This document shows positions 28,539 to 39,276 of a DNA stretch of 48,112 nucleotides, one piece after another (position 1 is the first letter of the stretch; each line of letters opens with the position of its first letter). The position numbers and the translations under genes were made by a program. The notes below the pieces were generated by a model. It was given only the letters and a program-made list of their open reading frames with translations, was not told where the DNA came from and made no database searches. The stretch comes from an uncultured Bordetella sp. (lineage in GTDB: Bacteria > Pseudomonadota > Gammaproteobacteria > Burkholderiales > SG8-41). The stretch spans positions 1 to 48,112 of the forward strand of contig CAZSIR010000006.1 of assembly GCA_964606765.1 (NCBI GenBank), read 5' to 3'.

Positions 28539-29498
28539 ATGTGGCTCGATTCCGCCAATCCGCAACTCAACAAAAACGGCGAACTGCATCATCTGCTGTC
28601 GCTGGAAGGACTGCCAGCCGATGTGCTGCGGCAGATTCTCGATACCGCGGAATCCTTTGTCGGCGTCACCCAGCGTGAGGTGAAGAAAGTGCCGCTGCTG
28701 CGCGGCAAGGCGGTGTTCAACCTGTTTTTTGAACCGTCAACGCGCACCCGGACCACGTTTGAAATCGCCGCCAAACGGCTGTCGGCGGATGTCATCAACC
28801 TCGCGATCAACGTGTCCTCGCAAAGCAAGGGCGAGTCGGTGCTCGACACCGTGGCCAACCTCGCGGCGATGCAGGCCGACATGTTCATCGTGCGCCATGC
28901 CGCCAGCGGCGCACCGTACCTGATTGCCAGGCATGTCGCCCAGGACATCCATGTCATCAACGCCGGCGACGGCCGCCACGCACATCCGACGCAGGGCCTG
29001 CTCGACATGTACACCATCCGCCACTACAAGGGCGATTTCACCCGGCTGCGCGTGGCCATCGTCGGCGACATCCTGCATTCGCGTGTCGCGCGTTCGCAGA
29101 TCCACGCGCTGACCACGCTCGGATGCCCGGAAATCCGCGTCATCGGTCCGAAAACGCTGCTGCCGGCGCAGGTCAACCGGCTTGGCGTGCAGGTCTACCC
29201 CGACATGCAAAGCGGCCTGAAGGATGTCGATGTGGTGATGATGCTGCGGCTGCAGAACGAACGCATGAACGGCGCGCTGCTGCCCTCGGCGCAGGAGTTC
29301 TACAAATACTACGGCCTGACCGAGGACAAACTCGCGCTGGCCAGGCCCGACGCCATCGTGCTTCACCCCGGACCGATGAACCGCGGCGTGGAAATCGATT
29401 CCAGCGTCGCCGACGGCAAGCAGTCGGTGATCCTGCCGCAGGTGACTTTCGGCATCGCCATCCGCATGGCGGTGATGAGCATACTGGCCGGCAACTGA
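28539..29498 (+). CDS. pyrB: Aspartate carbamoyltransferase catalytic subunit
   Basis: [26 protein letters not shown] and HPGPMNRG motifs. Confidence 0.97.
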   Translation: MWLDSANPQLNKNGELHHLLSLEGLPADVLRQILDTAESFVGVTQREVKKVPLLRGKAVFNLFFEPSTRTRTTFEIAAKRLSADVINLAINVSSQSKGESVLDTVANLAAMQADMFIVRHAASGAPYLIARHVAQDIHVINAGDGRHAHPTQGLLDMYTIRHYKGDFTRLRVAIVGDILHSRVARSQIHALTTLGCPEIRVIGPKTLLPAQVNRLGVQVYPDMQSGLKDVDVVMMLRLQNERMNGALLPSAQEFYKYYGLTEDKLALARPDAIVLHPGPMNRGVEIDSSVADGKQSVILPQVTFGIAIRMAVMSILAGN

Positions 29499-29506
29499 CG
29501 CAAACG

Positions 29507-30784
29507 ATGAAAATCCACATCAAAAACGGCCGCCTGATCGACCCCAAAAACGGGATTGATGCCCGGCGCGATCTGTACGTCGCTGCAGGCAAGGTGATCG
29601 CGGTGGGTGATGCTCCGGCCAATTTCGTCGCCAACCGCGTCATCGACGCGACCGGCCGGGTGGTCAGCCCCGGTCTCGTTGACCTCGCCGTGCGCCTGCG
29701 GGAGCCCGGTTATGAATACATGGCGACGCTGGAGTCCGAAATGGATGCCGCGATCGCCGGCGGCGTCACCAGCCTCGCCTGTCCGCCGGATACCGATCCC
29801 CCGCTGGATGAGCCGGGACTGGTCGAGATGCTCAAGTACCGCGCCAAAAACCTGAACCAGGCGCATGTCTATCCGGTGGGCGCCCTGACTGTCGGCCTGA
29901 AAGGCGCGCGTCTTACTGAAATGGCCGAACTGCGTGATGCCGGTTGTGTCGCCTTCTCGCAGGCTGAAGCGCCGTTCGCCGACAACCTGGTGCTGATGCA
30001 TGCGCTCGAATATGCGGCCACCTTCGGCTTCCCGGTGTGGCTGCGCGCGCAGGATCCGGCTCTGTCGCGCCACGGTGTCGCGCACGAAGGTGAAGTCGCC
30101 ACCCGCCTCGGCCTGCCGGCGATTCCGGTGGCCGCGGAGGTCATTGCCCTGTCGACCATGCTGATCATCGCCCGCGAAACCGGGGCGCGCATCCATATCG
30201 CCCGCCTCTCCTCCGCTGAAGGCGTGGCCATGGTGCGCGAAGCCAAATCCCGCGGCCTGCCGGTGACCTGCGACATCGGCATACACCATGCGCACCTGTC
30301 GGAAATGGACATCGGTTATTTCGATCCGAACTGTCACCTCTCACCGCCGCTGCGCAGCCAGCGCGATCGCGATGCGCTGCGCGCGGGACTTGCCGACGGC
30401 ATCATCGACGCGCTGTGCTCGGATCACACCCCGGTTGATGAAGACGTCAAGCAGGTGCCGTTTTCCGAAGCCGAAGCCGGCGCCACGGGTGTCGAACTGC
30501 TGCTGCCACTGACGCTGAAGTGGGCCGAGGAGTCCGGCCTCGGCCTGGGTGCAGCCCTGGCCGGCATCACGACAAAACCCGCCGCCATCCTCGGCATCGA
30601 CGCCGGACACCTGGCCATCGGCGCCAGCGCCGATGTCTGCATCTTCGACCCGGAAGCGCATTGGCGCATCGAGCCCGCCGCCCTGCGCAGCCAGGGCAAG
30701 AACACGCCGTTCACGGGCATTGAAGTACGTGGCCGCGTGACCCACACGCTGGTCAGCGGCGCCTTGGTTTACGAAAAAAAATAA
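29507..30784 (+). CDS. pyrC: Dihydroorotase-like protein PyrC' (probably an inactive structural subunit of ATCase)
   Basis: Amidohydrolase fold with PGLVDLAVRLREPG (no HxH), PPLRS, SDHTP and KNTPF. ATG at 29507. Confidence 0.88.
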   Translation: MKIHIKNGRLIDPKNGIDARRDLYVAAGKVIAVGDAPANFVANRVIDATGRVVSPGLVDLAVRLREPGYEYMATLESEMDAAIAGGVTSLACPPDTDPPLDEPGLVEMLKYRAKNLNQAHVYPVGALTVGLKGARLTEMAELRDAGCVAFSQAEAPFADNLVLMHALEYAATFGFPVWLRAQDPALSRHGVAHEGEVATRLGLPAIPVAAEVIALSTMLIIARETGARIHIARLSSAEGVAMVREAKSRGLPVTCDIGIHHAHLSEMDIGYFDPNCHLSPPLRSQRDRDALRAGLADGIIDALCSDHTPVDEDVKQVPFSEAEAGATGVELLLPLTLKWAEESGLGLGAALAGITTKPAAILGIDAGHLAIGASADVCIFDPEAHWRIEPAALRSQGKNTPFTGIEVRGRVTHTLVSGALVYEKK

Positions 30785-30897
30785 TCAATTAAATCAAATA
30801 CTTGTCGTGGCTCCGCGCGAGCCATCGGCCGCATTTCTGCTAAACTAAGCCTGCTTCTTGCGGTCCCAGCTGCATCACCTTCCATCACCGGCACAAC

Positions 30898-32934
30898 ATG
30901 AATCCCCTACTCGATTTTTCCGCACTGCCCCGTTTTGCCGACTTCAAACCTGCACTGGTGGCGCCTGCCATTGAGCAGTTGCTGGCGGAGAACCGCGCGC
31001 TGATCACACAACTGGCGGCCGATGAAACAACGCCGTCCTGGGAAAATTTCGTCGGCCCGCTGGAAGACGCCAACGAGCGCCTGCGCCGCGCCTGGGGACA
31101 GGTCGGCCACCTGAATGCCGTGATGAACAGCCCGGCGCTGCGCGAAGCCTACAACGCAACGCTGCCGAAAATCACCCAGTACTACACCGAACTCGGCCAG
31201 CACGAAGGCCTCTACCGTCGCTTCAAGAGCCTGCGCGCCGACCAGGGGTTTGCCGCACTCAGTACGGCGCAGCAGAAGATCGTCGACAATGAACTGCGCG
31301 ATTTCCGCCTTGGCGGCGCCGAACTGCCGCCGGCCGGCAAACAACGCTATACCGAAATCAGCGACCGGCTGTCGATGCTGACCTCGCGTTTCAGCGACAA
31401 CCTGCTTGACGCCACCAATGCCTGGTCGCATCGGGTCACCGACGCGGCCGAGCTGGCCGGGCTGCCGGAAGATGCAAAAGAAGCTGCACGTGCCGCTGCG
31501 GAAACCGACAAACAGGCCGGCTGGAAATTCACGCTGCACGCGCCTTCATACATGCCGGTGCTGCAGTATGCCGACAACCGCGCATTGCGCGAACGCATGT
31601 ACCGCGCTTATGTCACCCGCGCCTCCGAATTCGGCGACGCCAAACTCGACAATACGCCGCTGATCACGGAAATCGTCAGCCTGCGCCGTGAGATGGCGCA
31701 GCTGCTCGGTTTTGGCAGTTTTGCCGAGTATTCGCTGGAAGCCAAAATGGCGGAAACGCCGGCGCAGGTGCTCGGGTTCCTGGGTGAACTGGCGGCACGG
31801 GCCAAACCCTATGCGCAACGCGACCTGAAGGAACTGCAGGATTTCGCGCGCAAGGCACTGGGCATGAAAGAGCTCTCTGCCTGGGACTACGCCTATGTGT
31901 CGGAAAAACTGCGGGTTGCCCAGTACGCCTTCTCCGAAAACGAAGTCAAACAGTATTTCCCCGAAACCACGGTATTGCCCGGCATGTTCAAGATGGTCGA
32001 AACCCTGTACGGCCTCAGCATCGCGCCGACCGAGGCGCCGCAATGGCATGACGACGTGCGTTTTTTCTCCATCCGCGACCGCAGCGGCGCGCTGGTCGGC
32101 CAGTTTTATCTCGACCTTTATGCGCGCCCGAGCAAGCGCGGCGGCGCATGGATGGACGACGCCATCACCCGGCGCAGCACGGCAAAAGGCACGCAGGCGC
32201 CGGTGGCCTACCTCAACTGCAATTTCACCCCTCCCGCGCCCGGCAAAGCGGCGCTGTTCACCCATGATGAAGTGATCACGCTGTTCCATGAATTCGGCCA
32301 CGGCCTGCACCACCTGCTGACCCGCGTCGATTACCTCGGCGTATCGGGCATCAACGGCGTGGAATGGGACGCGGTCGAGCTGCCCAGCCAGTTCATGGAA
32401 AACTTCTGCTGGGAATGGGGCGTCGTCGAGCCGATGACCCGCCATGCCGACAGCGGCGCGGCCCTGCCGAAGGCGCTGTTCGAAAAAATGCTCGCCGCGA
32501 AAAATTTCCAGAGCGGCATGCAGACCGTGCGCCAGATCGAATTCTCGCTGTTCGATCTGCGCCTTCATTACGACTTTGATCCTGCAGGCGGACAGACGGC
32601 GCTGCAATTGCTGGACGAGGTGCGCCGCGAAGTCGCCGTGGTGATTCCGCCGGCATACAACCGCTTCCCGAACAATTTTTCGCACATTTTCGCCGGTGGT
32701 TACGCCGCGGGTTATTACAGCTACAAATGGGCGGAAGTGCTGTCGGCCGACGCCTACAGCCTGTTCGAGGAAAACGGCGTACTGGACCCGAAAACGGGCA
32801 TGCGTTTCTGGAATGAAGTGCTCGCCGTCGGCGGCAGCCGGCCGGCGCTGGCTTCCTTCGTCGCTTTCCGCGGCCGGGAACCGAGCATCGATGCACTGCT
32901 GCGTCACAACGGCATGGCCGCGCAGGCGGCCTGA
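30898..32934 (+). CDS. prlC: Oligopeptidase A (M3 peptidase)
   Basis: KRGGAWMD, HEFGHGLH, WDAVELPSQ and SHIFAGGYAAGYYSYKWAE motifs. Confidence 0.95.
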   Translation: MNPLLDFSALPRFADFKPALVAPAIEQLLAENRALITQLAADETTPSWENFVGPLEDANERLRRAWGQVGHLNAVMNSPALREAYNATLPKITQYYTELGQHEGLYRRFKSLRADQGFAALSTAQQKIVDNELRDFRLGGAELPPAGKQRYTEISDRLSMLTSRFSDNLLDATNAWSHRVTDAAELAGLPEDAKEAARAAAETDKQAGWKFTLHAPSYMPVLQYADNRALRERMYRAYVTRASEFGDAKLDNTPLITEIVSLRREMAQLLGFGSFAEYSLEAKMAETPAQVLGFLGELAARAKPYAQRDLKELQDFARKALGMKELSAWDYAYVSEKLRVAQYAFSENEVKQYFPETTVLPGMFKMVETLYGLSIAPTEAPQWHDDVRFFSIRDRSGALVGQFYLDLYARPSKRGGAWMDDAITRRSTAKGTQAPVAYLNCNFTPPAPGKAALFTHDEVITLFHEFGHGLHHLLTRVDYLGVSGINGVEWDAVELPSQFMENFCWEWGVVEPMTRHADSGAALPKALFEKMLAAKNFQSGMQTVRQIEFSLFDLRLHYDFDPAGGQTALQLLDEVRREVAVVIPPAYNRFPNNFSHIFAGGYAAGYYSYKWAEVLSADAYSLFEENGVLDPKTGMRFWNEVLAVGGSRPALASFVAFRGREPSIDALLRHNGMAAQAA

Positions 32935-33015
32935 TCCCCGCCTGCCGCGGTATCATGCCAACTCATGTGCGGCGCGGGTTCCGGCTCCGCTGCTTTTTCC
33001 TGCGAGGTGATCAAC

Positions 33016-33603
33016 ATGACGAGAATCATTGTTTTTCCGGCGGTGCTGATGACCGCACTGGTGGCCATCAGCACCGCCCAGGCGGCCCAGCTCTATCGCT
33101 GGGTCGATGACAAAGGCCGGGTCGAATGGCGCGACACGCCGCCGCCTGCCAATGCCAACGCCAAAAAAGTCGAGCAACGCAGCATCGGCGGCAGCGTGAT
33201 TGAAACCTCCACCCTGCCCTACAGCGTACAGCAGGCCGTGCGCAACTTCCCGGTCACGCTTTATGTCAGCAATTGCGGCGAAGGCTGCGACAAGGCGAGG
33301 GCGCACCTGGTCGGCCGCGGCGTCCCCTTCACCCAGAAAAGCCCGCGGGATGACATTGACGCCTACAAGAAACTGACCAATGGCGGCATGGAAGTGCCGT
33401 TGCTGTTTGTCGGACGCGAGCGCCTGAAGGGCTATGAGGCCGGCGCATGGAATGCCGCTTTGGACAACGCCGGCTATCCGCGCCAGCCGGTGCCGGGTTA
33501 CGTTGCGCCGAAGGTCCCGGCTGAGCCGGCAGCCAAACCGGCGGCAGCCCCGGTTGCCGAGCCTGCGCCGGAAAACGCTCCGGCACCTGCCCCGGCGCAA
33601 TGA
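33016..33603 (+). CDS. Secreted DUF4124-like + glutaredoxin-like domain protein
   Basis: Signal peptide, [28 protein letters not shown] and VPLLFVG motifs, and a Pro/Ala-rich tail. Confidence 0.78.
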   Translation: MTRIIVFPAVLMTALVAISTAQAAQLYRWVDDKGRVEWRDTPPPANANAKKVEQRSIGGSVIETSTLPYSVQQAVRNFPVTLYVSNCGEGCDKARAHLVGRGVPFTQKSPRDDIDAYKKLTNGGMEVPLLFVGRERLKGYEAGAWNAALDNAGYPRQPVPGYVAPKVPAEPAAKPAAAPVAEPAPENAPAPAPAQ

Positions 33604-34364
33604 AGCTTGCCACCTGGAACGTCAATTCGCTGAAAGTCCGGTTACCGCAAGTCCTGACCTGGATTGACGCACACAAACCGGACGCGCTGTGCCTGCAGGA
33701 AACCAAGACTGAAGACGCGAAATTCCCGCTGGCTGAAATCGAAGCCGCCGGTTACCACGCCTCCTTCAGCGGGCAGAAAACCTACAACGGCGTTGCCATA
33801 CTGACGCGCAAGCCTGTTGATGCCGCAGCCCACGGCATTCCCGGATTCGACGATCCGCAAAGGCGCGTCACCACTGCAACCGTCAACGGCGTGCGCGTCG
33901 TCTGCGCCTATATTCCGAATGGCGAATCCGTCGAATCAGACAAGTACCGCTACAAACTGGAATGGCTGCAGGCCCTGACAACATGGCTGGGCGGTGAATT
34001 GAAACAACATCCGTCACTGGCCCTGCTCGGCGATTACAACATCGCCCCGGATGACCGCGACGTGCATGACCCACAGGCCTGGGCCGGCAAAGTCCTGTGC
34101 AGCGATGCCGAGCGCGCCGCCTTCAGGGCGCTGACCGCATTGGGCCTGCAGGATACTTTCCGTCTGTTCGAACAGCCGGAAAAGTCCTTTACCTGGTGGG
34201 ATTACCGGATGCAGGCCTTCCGCCGGAAAATGGGCTTGCGCATCGACCACATTCTCGCCTCGGACGCGCTGGCCGGTCAGTGCAAATCCTGCATGGTGGA
34301 TACCGGGCCGCGACGCAACGAACGGCCGTCGGATCATGCGCCGGTCATCGCCGAATTCGCATAA
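33600..34364 (+). CDS. xth: Exodeoxyribonuclease III
   Basis: [39 protein letters not shown] and SDHAPV motifs. Confidence 0.96.
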   Translation: MKLATWNVNSLKVRLPQVLTWIDAHKPDALCLQETKTEDAKFPLAEIEAAGYHASFSGQKTYNGVAILTRKPVDAAAHGIPGFDDPQRRVTTATVNGVRVVCAYIPNGESVESDKYRYKLEWLQALTTWLGGELKQHPSLALLGDYNIAPDDRDVHDPQAWAGKVLCSDAERAAFRALTALGLQDTFRLFEQPEKSFTWWDYRMQAFRRKMGLRIDHILASDALAGQCKSCMVDTGPRRNERPSDHAPVIAEFA

Positions 34365-34412
34365 ACCCCGACACCGCCGGAGTCGCGGCGGGCAACCTGC
34401 CGCCCATCCGCT

Positions 34413-35753
34413 TCATCGCATCGTGACGAATTCTTCGGCAGCCGTGGGATGGATGCCGATGGTGGCATCCAGCTGCGCCTTGGTGACGCCGCAATTGAGC
34501 GCCACGGCGAGTCCCTGAATGATTTCACCGGCTTCGGCGCCGACCATGTGCGCGCCCAGCACGCGTCCGGTATCCCTGGCCACCACCAGTTTCATGAACA
34601 CCCGTTCCGTTGATCCGGACAGCGTGGCTTTCAGGGGACGAAACCGGCTGCGATAGACATCCACCCCGCCATGACGCTCCCTGGCCCCGGCTTCCGTCAG
34701 GCCGACGGTGCCGATATGCGGATGACTGAACACGGCCGTGGCGATATTGCCGTAATCCAGTACGGCCGGGTCATTGCGGAACAGGGTGCGCGCCAGCGCC
34801 ATGCCTTCGGCGATCGCCACCGGGGTCAGCTGCACGCGGTCAATCACATCGCCGATGGCGTGTATGGACGGCACCGAGGTCGCGTAATGGTCGTTTACAA
34901 GGACGGCGCCGTTTTTCGCCAGTTTCACCCCGGCTTCCGCCAAACCCAGTCCGGCGACATTCGGCCGGCGCCCGGTGGCGAACATCACCAGATCCGTCTC
35001 GATGCTCCGTCCCGAGTCGAGTTTCACCTGCAGATTTTTGCCATTCCGTATCACCCCCTGCGGTGATTCTCCGAGGACCAGCGTGACGCCATGCGCCGCC
35101 AGCTCCTCGGCCAGCACCTTGCCGAGGTCATCATCAAAGCCGCGCAACAGCCGCTCGCCACGATGCAGCAGCGTGGTTTCCACGCCGAGGCCGTTGAATA
35201 TCGACGCAAACTCGACCGCGATATAACCGCCGCCGACCAGCAGTGCCCGCCGCGGCAGGGCATCCAGATGAAACGCCTGATCGGAGGTGATGCCCAGTTC
35301 GGCGCCGGGAATGTCGGGTTTCACCGCATGCCCGCCGGTGGCAATCAACAAATGTGCGGCCGTCAGCCGCTGTTCGCCGACTGCGACGGTATGCGCATCC
35401 AGCACGCGCGCGCGTCCGGCAATGACCCTGACCCCGGCATCCTGCAGCACTTTGGCGTAAACACCGTTGAGCCGGGCGATTTCGCGATCCTTGTTCGCCA
35501 ACAGGGTTTTCCAGTCAAACCGCGCGGCGTCGACCGTCCAACCAAAACCGCGCGCATCCGCGACTTCGGAAGCCACATGCGCTGCATAGGAAAAGAGTTT
35601 TTTGGGTATGCAGCCGACATTGACGCAGGTCCCGCCCAACGCGCCGGACTCGATCAACGCCACTTTTGCGCCGTGTCCGGCCGACATCCGGCTGGCACGC
35701 ACTCCACCGGAACCGCCGCCGATGGTAATCAGGTCGTAGTCGTATTGAGTCAT
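34413..35753 (-). CDS. gor: Glutathione-disulfide reductase
   Basis: GGGSGG, GGTCVNVGCIPKK, GGGYIAVEFA and GIHPTAAEEFVTM motifs. Confidence 0.93.
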   Translation of the reverse strand: MTQYDYDLITIGGGSGGVRASRMSAGHGAKVALIESGALGGTCVNVGCIPKKLFSYAAHVASEVADARGFGWTVDAARFDWKTLLANKDREIARLNGVYAKVLQDAGVRVIAGRARVLDAHTVAVGEQRLTAAHLLIATGGHAVKPDIPGAELGITSDQAFHLDALPRRALLVGGGYIAVEFASIFNGLGVETTLLHRGERLLRGFDDDLGKVLAEELAAHGVTLVLGESPQGVIRNGKNLQVKLDSGRSIETDLVMFATGRRPNVAGLGLAEAGVKLAKNGAVLVNDHYATSVPSIHAIGDVIDRVQLTPVAIAEGMALARTLFRNDPAVLDYGNIATAVFSHPHIGTVGLTEAGARERHGGVDVYRSRFRPLKATLSGSTERVFMKLVVARDTGRVLGAHMVGAEAGEIIQGLAVALNCGVTKAQLDATIGIHPTAAEEFVTMR

Positions 35754-35929
35754 GTCAGCAGTCTCCCGGGGGAAATTCCCCGGAGAATACTACTTGAATC
35801 CCTTGGCCAGGCGGCAAAAGGAGTCTCGCCGCAGATCAAACAACCAAGCGGCGGGTGAGTTAAGCATTGGCACAAAACTGATCAGCAGAGAGGTTAAGCT
35901 GCGGCATAGCTTCACCGCCGCCGTTCCCA

Positions 35930-37333
35930 TCAAGCCTCTTCGCCCCGACCCGCTTCTATTTTCAATTCCTGGATCTTGCGTGTCAGCGTGTTGCGGCCGA
36001 GGCCGAGCAGTTGCGCCGCTTCAATGCGGCGCCCGCCGGTTTGCGCCAGCGCTTTCATGATCAGCGCTTTCTCGAACTGCTGCGTCAATTCCTGCATGAT
36101 GCCGGTTTCACCGCGATGCAGGCGCAATTCGGCTTCGCGTCCCAGCGCAGTCACCCAGTCCTCGGCCCCGGCAACCACGGATTGCGCCCGCATCTCCGGC
36201 GGCAGGTCCTTGATCTCGATCGTCGCCGCGGGGGCCATCACCGTCAGCCAGTGGCAGAGGTTTTCCAGCTGTCGCACATTGCCCGGCAGATCCTGCACGG
36301 CAATGTATTTCAGCGTGGCTTCGGCCAGGCGCTTGGATTCGACGCCGAGGTCACGCGCGCTTTTCTGCAGGAAATATTTCGCCAGCAGCGGAATGTCTTC
36401 GCGCCGCTCGCGCAGGGCCGGCAGGCGCAGACGGATGACATTCAGGCGATGAAACAGGTCTTCGCGGAACAGCCCCTGCTTGACCCGCGCTTCGAGATCC
36501 TGGTGCGTCGCCGCGATGACCCGCACATTGGCCTTGATCGGCTGATGTCCGCCGACGCGGTAAAAATTGCCGTCCGACAGCACCCGCAGCAGGCGCGTCT
36601 GCAATTCCTGCGGCATGTCGCCGATTTCATCGAGAAACAGCGTGCCGCCTTCGGCCTGCTCGAAGCGGCCGCGGCGCATGTTCTGGGCGCCGGTGAAGGC
36701 CCCCCGTTCATGACCAAACAGTTCGGACTCCAGCAGTTCCTTGGGTATCGCCGCCGTGTTGATCGCGATGAACGGGCGACCGGCGCGAGGGCTGTGGCGA
36801 TGCAGGGCGCTGGCCACCAATTCCTTGCCGGTGCCCGATTCGCCGGTGATCAGCACCGTGGCATGCGACTGCGACAATCGACCGATGGCGCGAAACACCT
36901 CCTGCATGGCCGGCGCCTGACCGAGGATTTCCGGCACGGCTTCGCTGACTTCACCCGCAGTGTCCTGGCGCACGCTTTCATCCATTGCGCGGCGGATCAG
37001 TTCGACCGCATGGTCGACGTCAAAGGGTTTGGGCAGGTATTCGTATGCGCCCCCCTGGAACGCCGTCACCGCGCTTTCCAGGTCGGAATAGGCCGTCATG
37101 ATGATCACCGGCATGGAAGGATGCCGGGCTTTCGCCTGCTGCAGCAGTTCAAGCCCGGACTCTCCGGGCATGCGGATGTCGCTGACCACAACCTGCGGCG
37201 TTTCGTCGTCCAGCGCCGCCAGCGCCTCGCGCGCGGAAGCAAAGGCCTTGAATGCGATGTTCTCGCGGGTCAGGGCTTTTTCAAACACCCAGCGTATCGA
37301 ACGGTCGTCGTCAATAATCCAGACTGGTTTCAT
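35930..37333 (-). CDS. ntrC: Nitrogen regulation protein NR(I), sigma54 activator
   Basis: Receiver domain (IIDDD, SDIRMP), [21 protein letters not shown] and a C-terminal HTH (LGRNTLTRK). Confidence 0.96.
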   Translation of the reverse strand: MKPVWIIDDDRSIRWVFEKALTRENIAFKAFASAREALAALDDETPQVVVSDIRMPGESGLELLQQAKARHPSMPVIIMTAYSDLESAVTAFQGGAYEYLPKPFDVDHAVELIRRAMDESVRQDTAGEVSEAVPEILGQAPAMQEVFRAIGRLSQSHATVLITGESGTGKELVASALHRHSPRAGRPFIAINTAAIPKELLESELFGHERGAFTGAQNMRRGRFEQAEGGTLFLDEIGDMPQELQTRLLRVLSDGNFYRVGGHQPIKANVRVIAATHQDLEARVKQGLFREDLFHRLNVIRLRLPALRERREDIPLLAKYFLQKSARDLGVESKRLAEATLKYIAVQDLPGNVRQLENLCHWLTVMAPAATIEIKDLPPEMRAQSVVAGAEDWVTALGREAELRLHRGETGIMQELTQQFEKALIMKALAQTGGRRIEAAQLLGLGRNTLTRKIQELKIEAGRGEEA

Positions 37334-37375
37334 GTTATTCCGCAATCATTAAATGTGGGGCTGGATGCAGTTCAT

Positions 37376-38476
37376 TCAGCGTTCCGCGGATCTCTGCCCG
37401 CGCGGATCGTCCTGCACCGGAAGCAGCAAGGTGAAACACGTCCTGCCGGGCGCGCTTTCGAAGGTGATTGCGCCCTGATGCTGCGTGACAAAATTATGCG
37501 CAATGGTCAGCCCGAGTCCGCTGCCGCCTTCGCGTCCTGAAATCAGCGGCTGGAACACGCGCGCCTGCATGTCTTCGGGAATGCCGGGGCCGTTGTCGCT
37601 GATTTCCACCTGCACCGCATGCCGGTATCGCCGCCGCGCCAATGTGACCTGGCGGGCGATGCGTGTCTTCAGCCGGATCTCGCCGCTTTTCCCCGCATCA
37701 CCGCCGCTGCCCTCTATCGCCTGCGCCGCGTTGCGCGCTATGTTGAGCGCCACCTGTATCAATTGCTCGCGGTCCCCGGTCAGCACAGGCATGCTGGTGT
37801 CGTAATCACGGCGGACAATGATCCCGGGAAATTCAGCCAGGATCACGCTGCGCACGCGCTCCAGCACCTCATGCACGTTGACCGGACCAGGCAAGGGCAG
37901 GCGGTGCGGGGTCAGCAGCCGGTCCATCAGCGATTGCAGCCGGTCCGATTCCTTGATGATGACCTGGGTGTATTCGTGCAGGGCCGGCCGCTCGAGTTCA
38001 CGGTCCAGCAGCTGCGCGGCGCCGCGGATCCCGCCCAGCGGATTCTTGATCTCATGCGCCAGATTGCGGATCAGGTCGCGATGCGCCTGGCTCTGCTCGA
38101 GCAGCCTGGCCTCGCGCTCGACCCGCAGCTGTTGATCAATCTGGCGAAATTCAAGCAGGGCGCCGTTGCCGGCATCCACGCCCCTGTCCAGCGGGCTGAC
38201 CGTGCAGGCCAGGTTCAGCCGCAAACGGCCGTTGATGGCCAGTTCCAGCTCATGTTCGGTATAGCTGCAGTTGTTGGCCTTGGCATAACTGATAGCTGCG
38301 GCCAGGACCGCGTTTTCGCCGAACAGGCGGTCCAGCGCCATTCCGGCCGCATTGGTTACGGACGCCTCAAACAGATTTTCGGCAGCAGGATTCATGTGGA
38401 GTACGGCTTGTTTGTCATCAACGACCACCACCGCGGTCGCGAGCAGATCAAGTCCGGTCAGCAACGCGGCATTCAT
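37376..38476 (-). CDS. ntrB: Nitrogen regulation sensor kinase NR(II)
   Basis: PAS-like N-terminus, LAHEIKNPLGGIRGAAQLL, NIARNA, DNGPGIP and GSGLGL motifs. Confidence 0.95.
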   Translation of the reverse strand: MNAALLTGLDLLATAVVVVDDKQAVLHMNPAAENLFEASVTNAAGMALDRLFGENAVLAAAISYAKANNCSYTEHELELAINGRLRLNLACTVSPLDRGVDAGNGALLEFRQIDQQLRVEREARLLEQSQAHRDLIRNLAHEIKNPLGGIRGAAQLLDRELERPALHEYTQVIIKESDRLQSLMDRLLTPHRLPLPGPVNVHEVLERVRSVILAEFPGIIVRRDYDTSMPVLTGDREQLIQVALNIARNAAQAIEGSGGDAGKSGEIRLKTRIARQVTLARRRYRHAVQVEISDNGPGIPEDMQARVFQPLISGREGGSGLGLTIAHNFVTQHQGAITFESAPGRTCFTLLLPVQDDPRGQRSAER

Positions 38477-38603
38477 GGCGCAGGCTGGATACAGGCATGA
38501 GCAAAAAGCACGCCAGCGGGCTCTTTGCGCGACAAATAAAACGCCAGAGGGGAAAACGCTCGCGGGTCAGAGCCGCGATGGGCGCAAGCAAGCGCCGCAG
38601 CGC

Positions 38604-39077
38604 TCAGCGCAGCGAGGAAAGTTCCTTGCGCAGATTCGTCACGTTGTTTTCGTGCAACGCAACTTTCTTCTTGAACGGCTCCAGACGATCGAGCACGCGC
38701 TGATAATTGCGCTCGCTGCCGAGGCGCGTGGCTTCCTGCTCCGCGAGATCCTTTTTCGCCTGATCGAGCAGTTTCTGCTCGTTGGCCAGTTCCTGCTCGA
38801 GGATTCTGCGCCGGTCGCCGTCGCGCTGCTGCTGGGTCGGCGCGTCGACCTTGGGAAAATTGCCGGCAGCCGCTTGCGGCCTGGCTTCGGAACCCTTTGC
38901 CGTGGGCTTGGGTGCGGGCACGCTCGAAACCGGCGGCAGGTTCATCGGTTTGCAGCCTGCCGATTCTGCTTTTACGTTGGTAAAGCGCTTGTTGCCGCTG
39001 CTGTCGACACACTCCCAGATATCGGCCCGTGCCAGGCCCGAAACGACCAGCAGCAATGAAATAACGAATAAACGCAT
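38604..39077 (-). CDS. Secreted DUF4124-like protein with coiled-coil C-terminus
   Basis: Signal peptide (ARA|DIW), WECVDSSGNKRFTN, FPKVD..TQ..RD..RRRILEQEL and ERNYQ motifs. Start at ATG 39077. Confidence 0.78.
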   Translation of the reverse strand: MRLFVISLLLVVSGLARADIWECVDSSGNKRFTNVKAESAGCKPMNLPPVSSVPAPKPTAKGSEARPQAAAGNFPKVDAPTQQQRDGDRRRILEQELANEQKLLDQAKKDLAEQEATRLGSERNYQRVLDRLEPFKKKVALHENNVTNLRKELSSLR

Positions 39078-39226
39078 CGGTGGCCCTGATTGATCCCGCA
39101 CGAAAGCCGGCATTTCTACCAACGGGAATTACATCCCTGTGGTTGACTTGCAGCATGGACGATTAAGGGCTAAGTCTATGTCAACAAAGAAAAATCTGCA
39201 ATCGCACCGGGCTTGCCCGGGCTTCG

Positions 39227-39261
39227 GAAAACAAAAGGGCGGGTACATGCCCGCCCTTTTG
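39227..39261 (-). terminator. Intrinsic terminator downstream of glnA
   Basis: Inverted repeat CAAAAGGGCGGG-N6-CCCGCCCTTTTG. On the minus strand the stem ends in TTTTGTTTT, 15 bp after the glnA stop. Confidence 0.8.
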
Positions 39262-39276
39262 CCGGAGCACATGCGA

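Noticed and set aside
2503-33603. Extended N-termini in the ORF track (ttcA 3534, cca 8145, ilvA 12512, rpiA 12520, rsmE 22485, trkA 22401, yqgE 26831, pyrC' 29123, Grx-like 32965)
   Set aside because: The extensions overlap neighbouring genes or promoter gaps and precede the family-typical N-termini; downstream starts were used instead.
35867-35883. TTGGCACAAAACTGATC as a sigma54 promoter
   Set aside because: The -24 element is good, but there is no GC at the required 10-bp spacing, and it points antisense into ntrC.
39150-39184. TTGACA -35 element upstream of the DUF4124-ntrBC genes
   Set aside because: No convincing -10 element lies 16-18 bp downstream.
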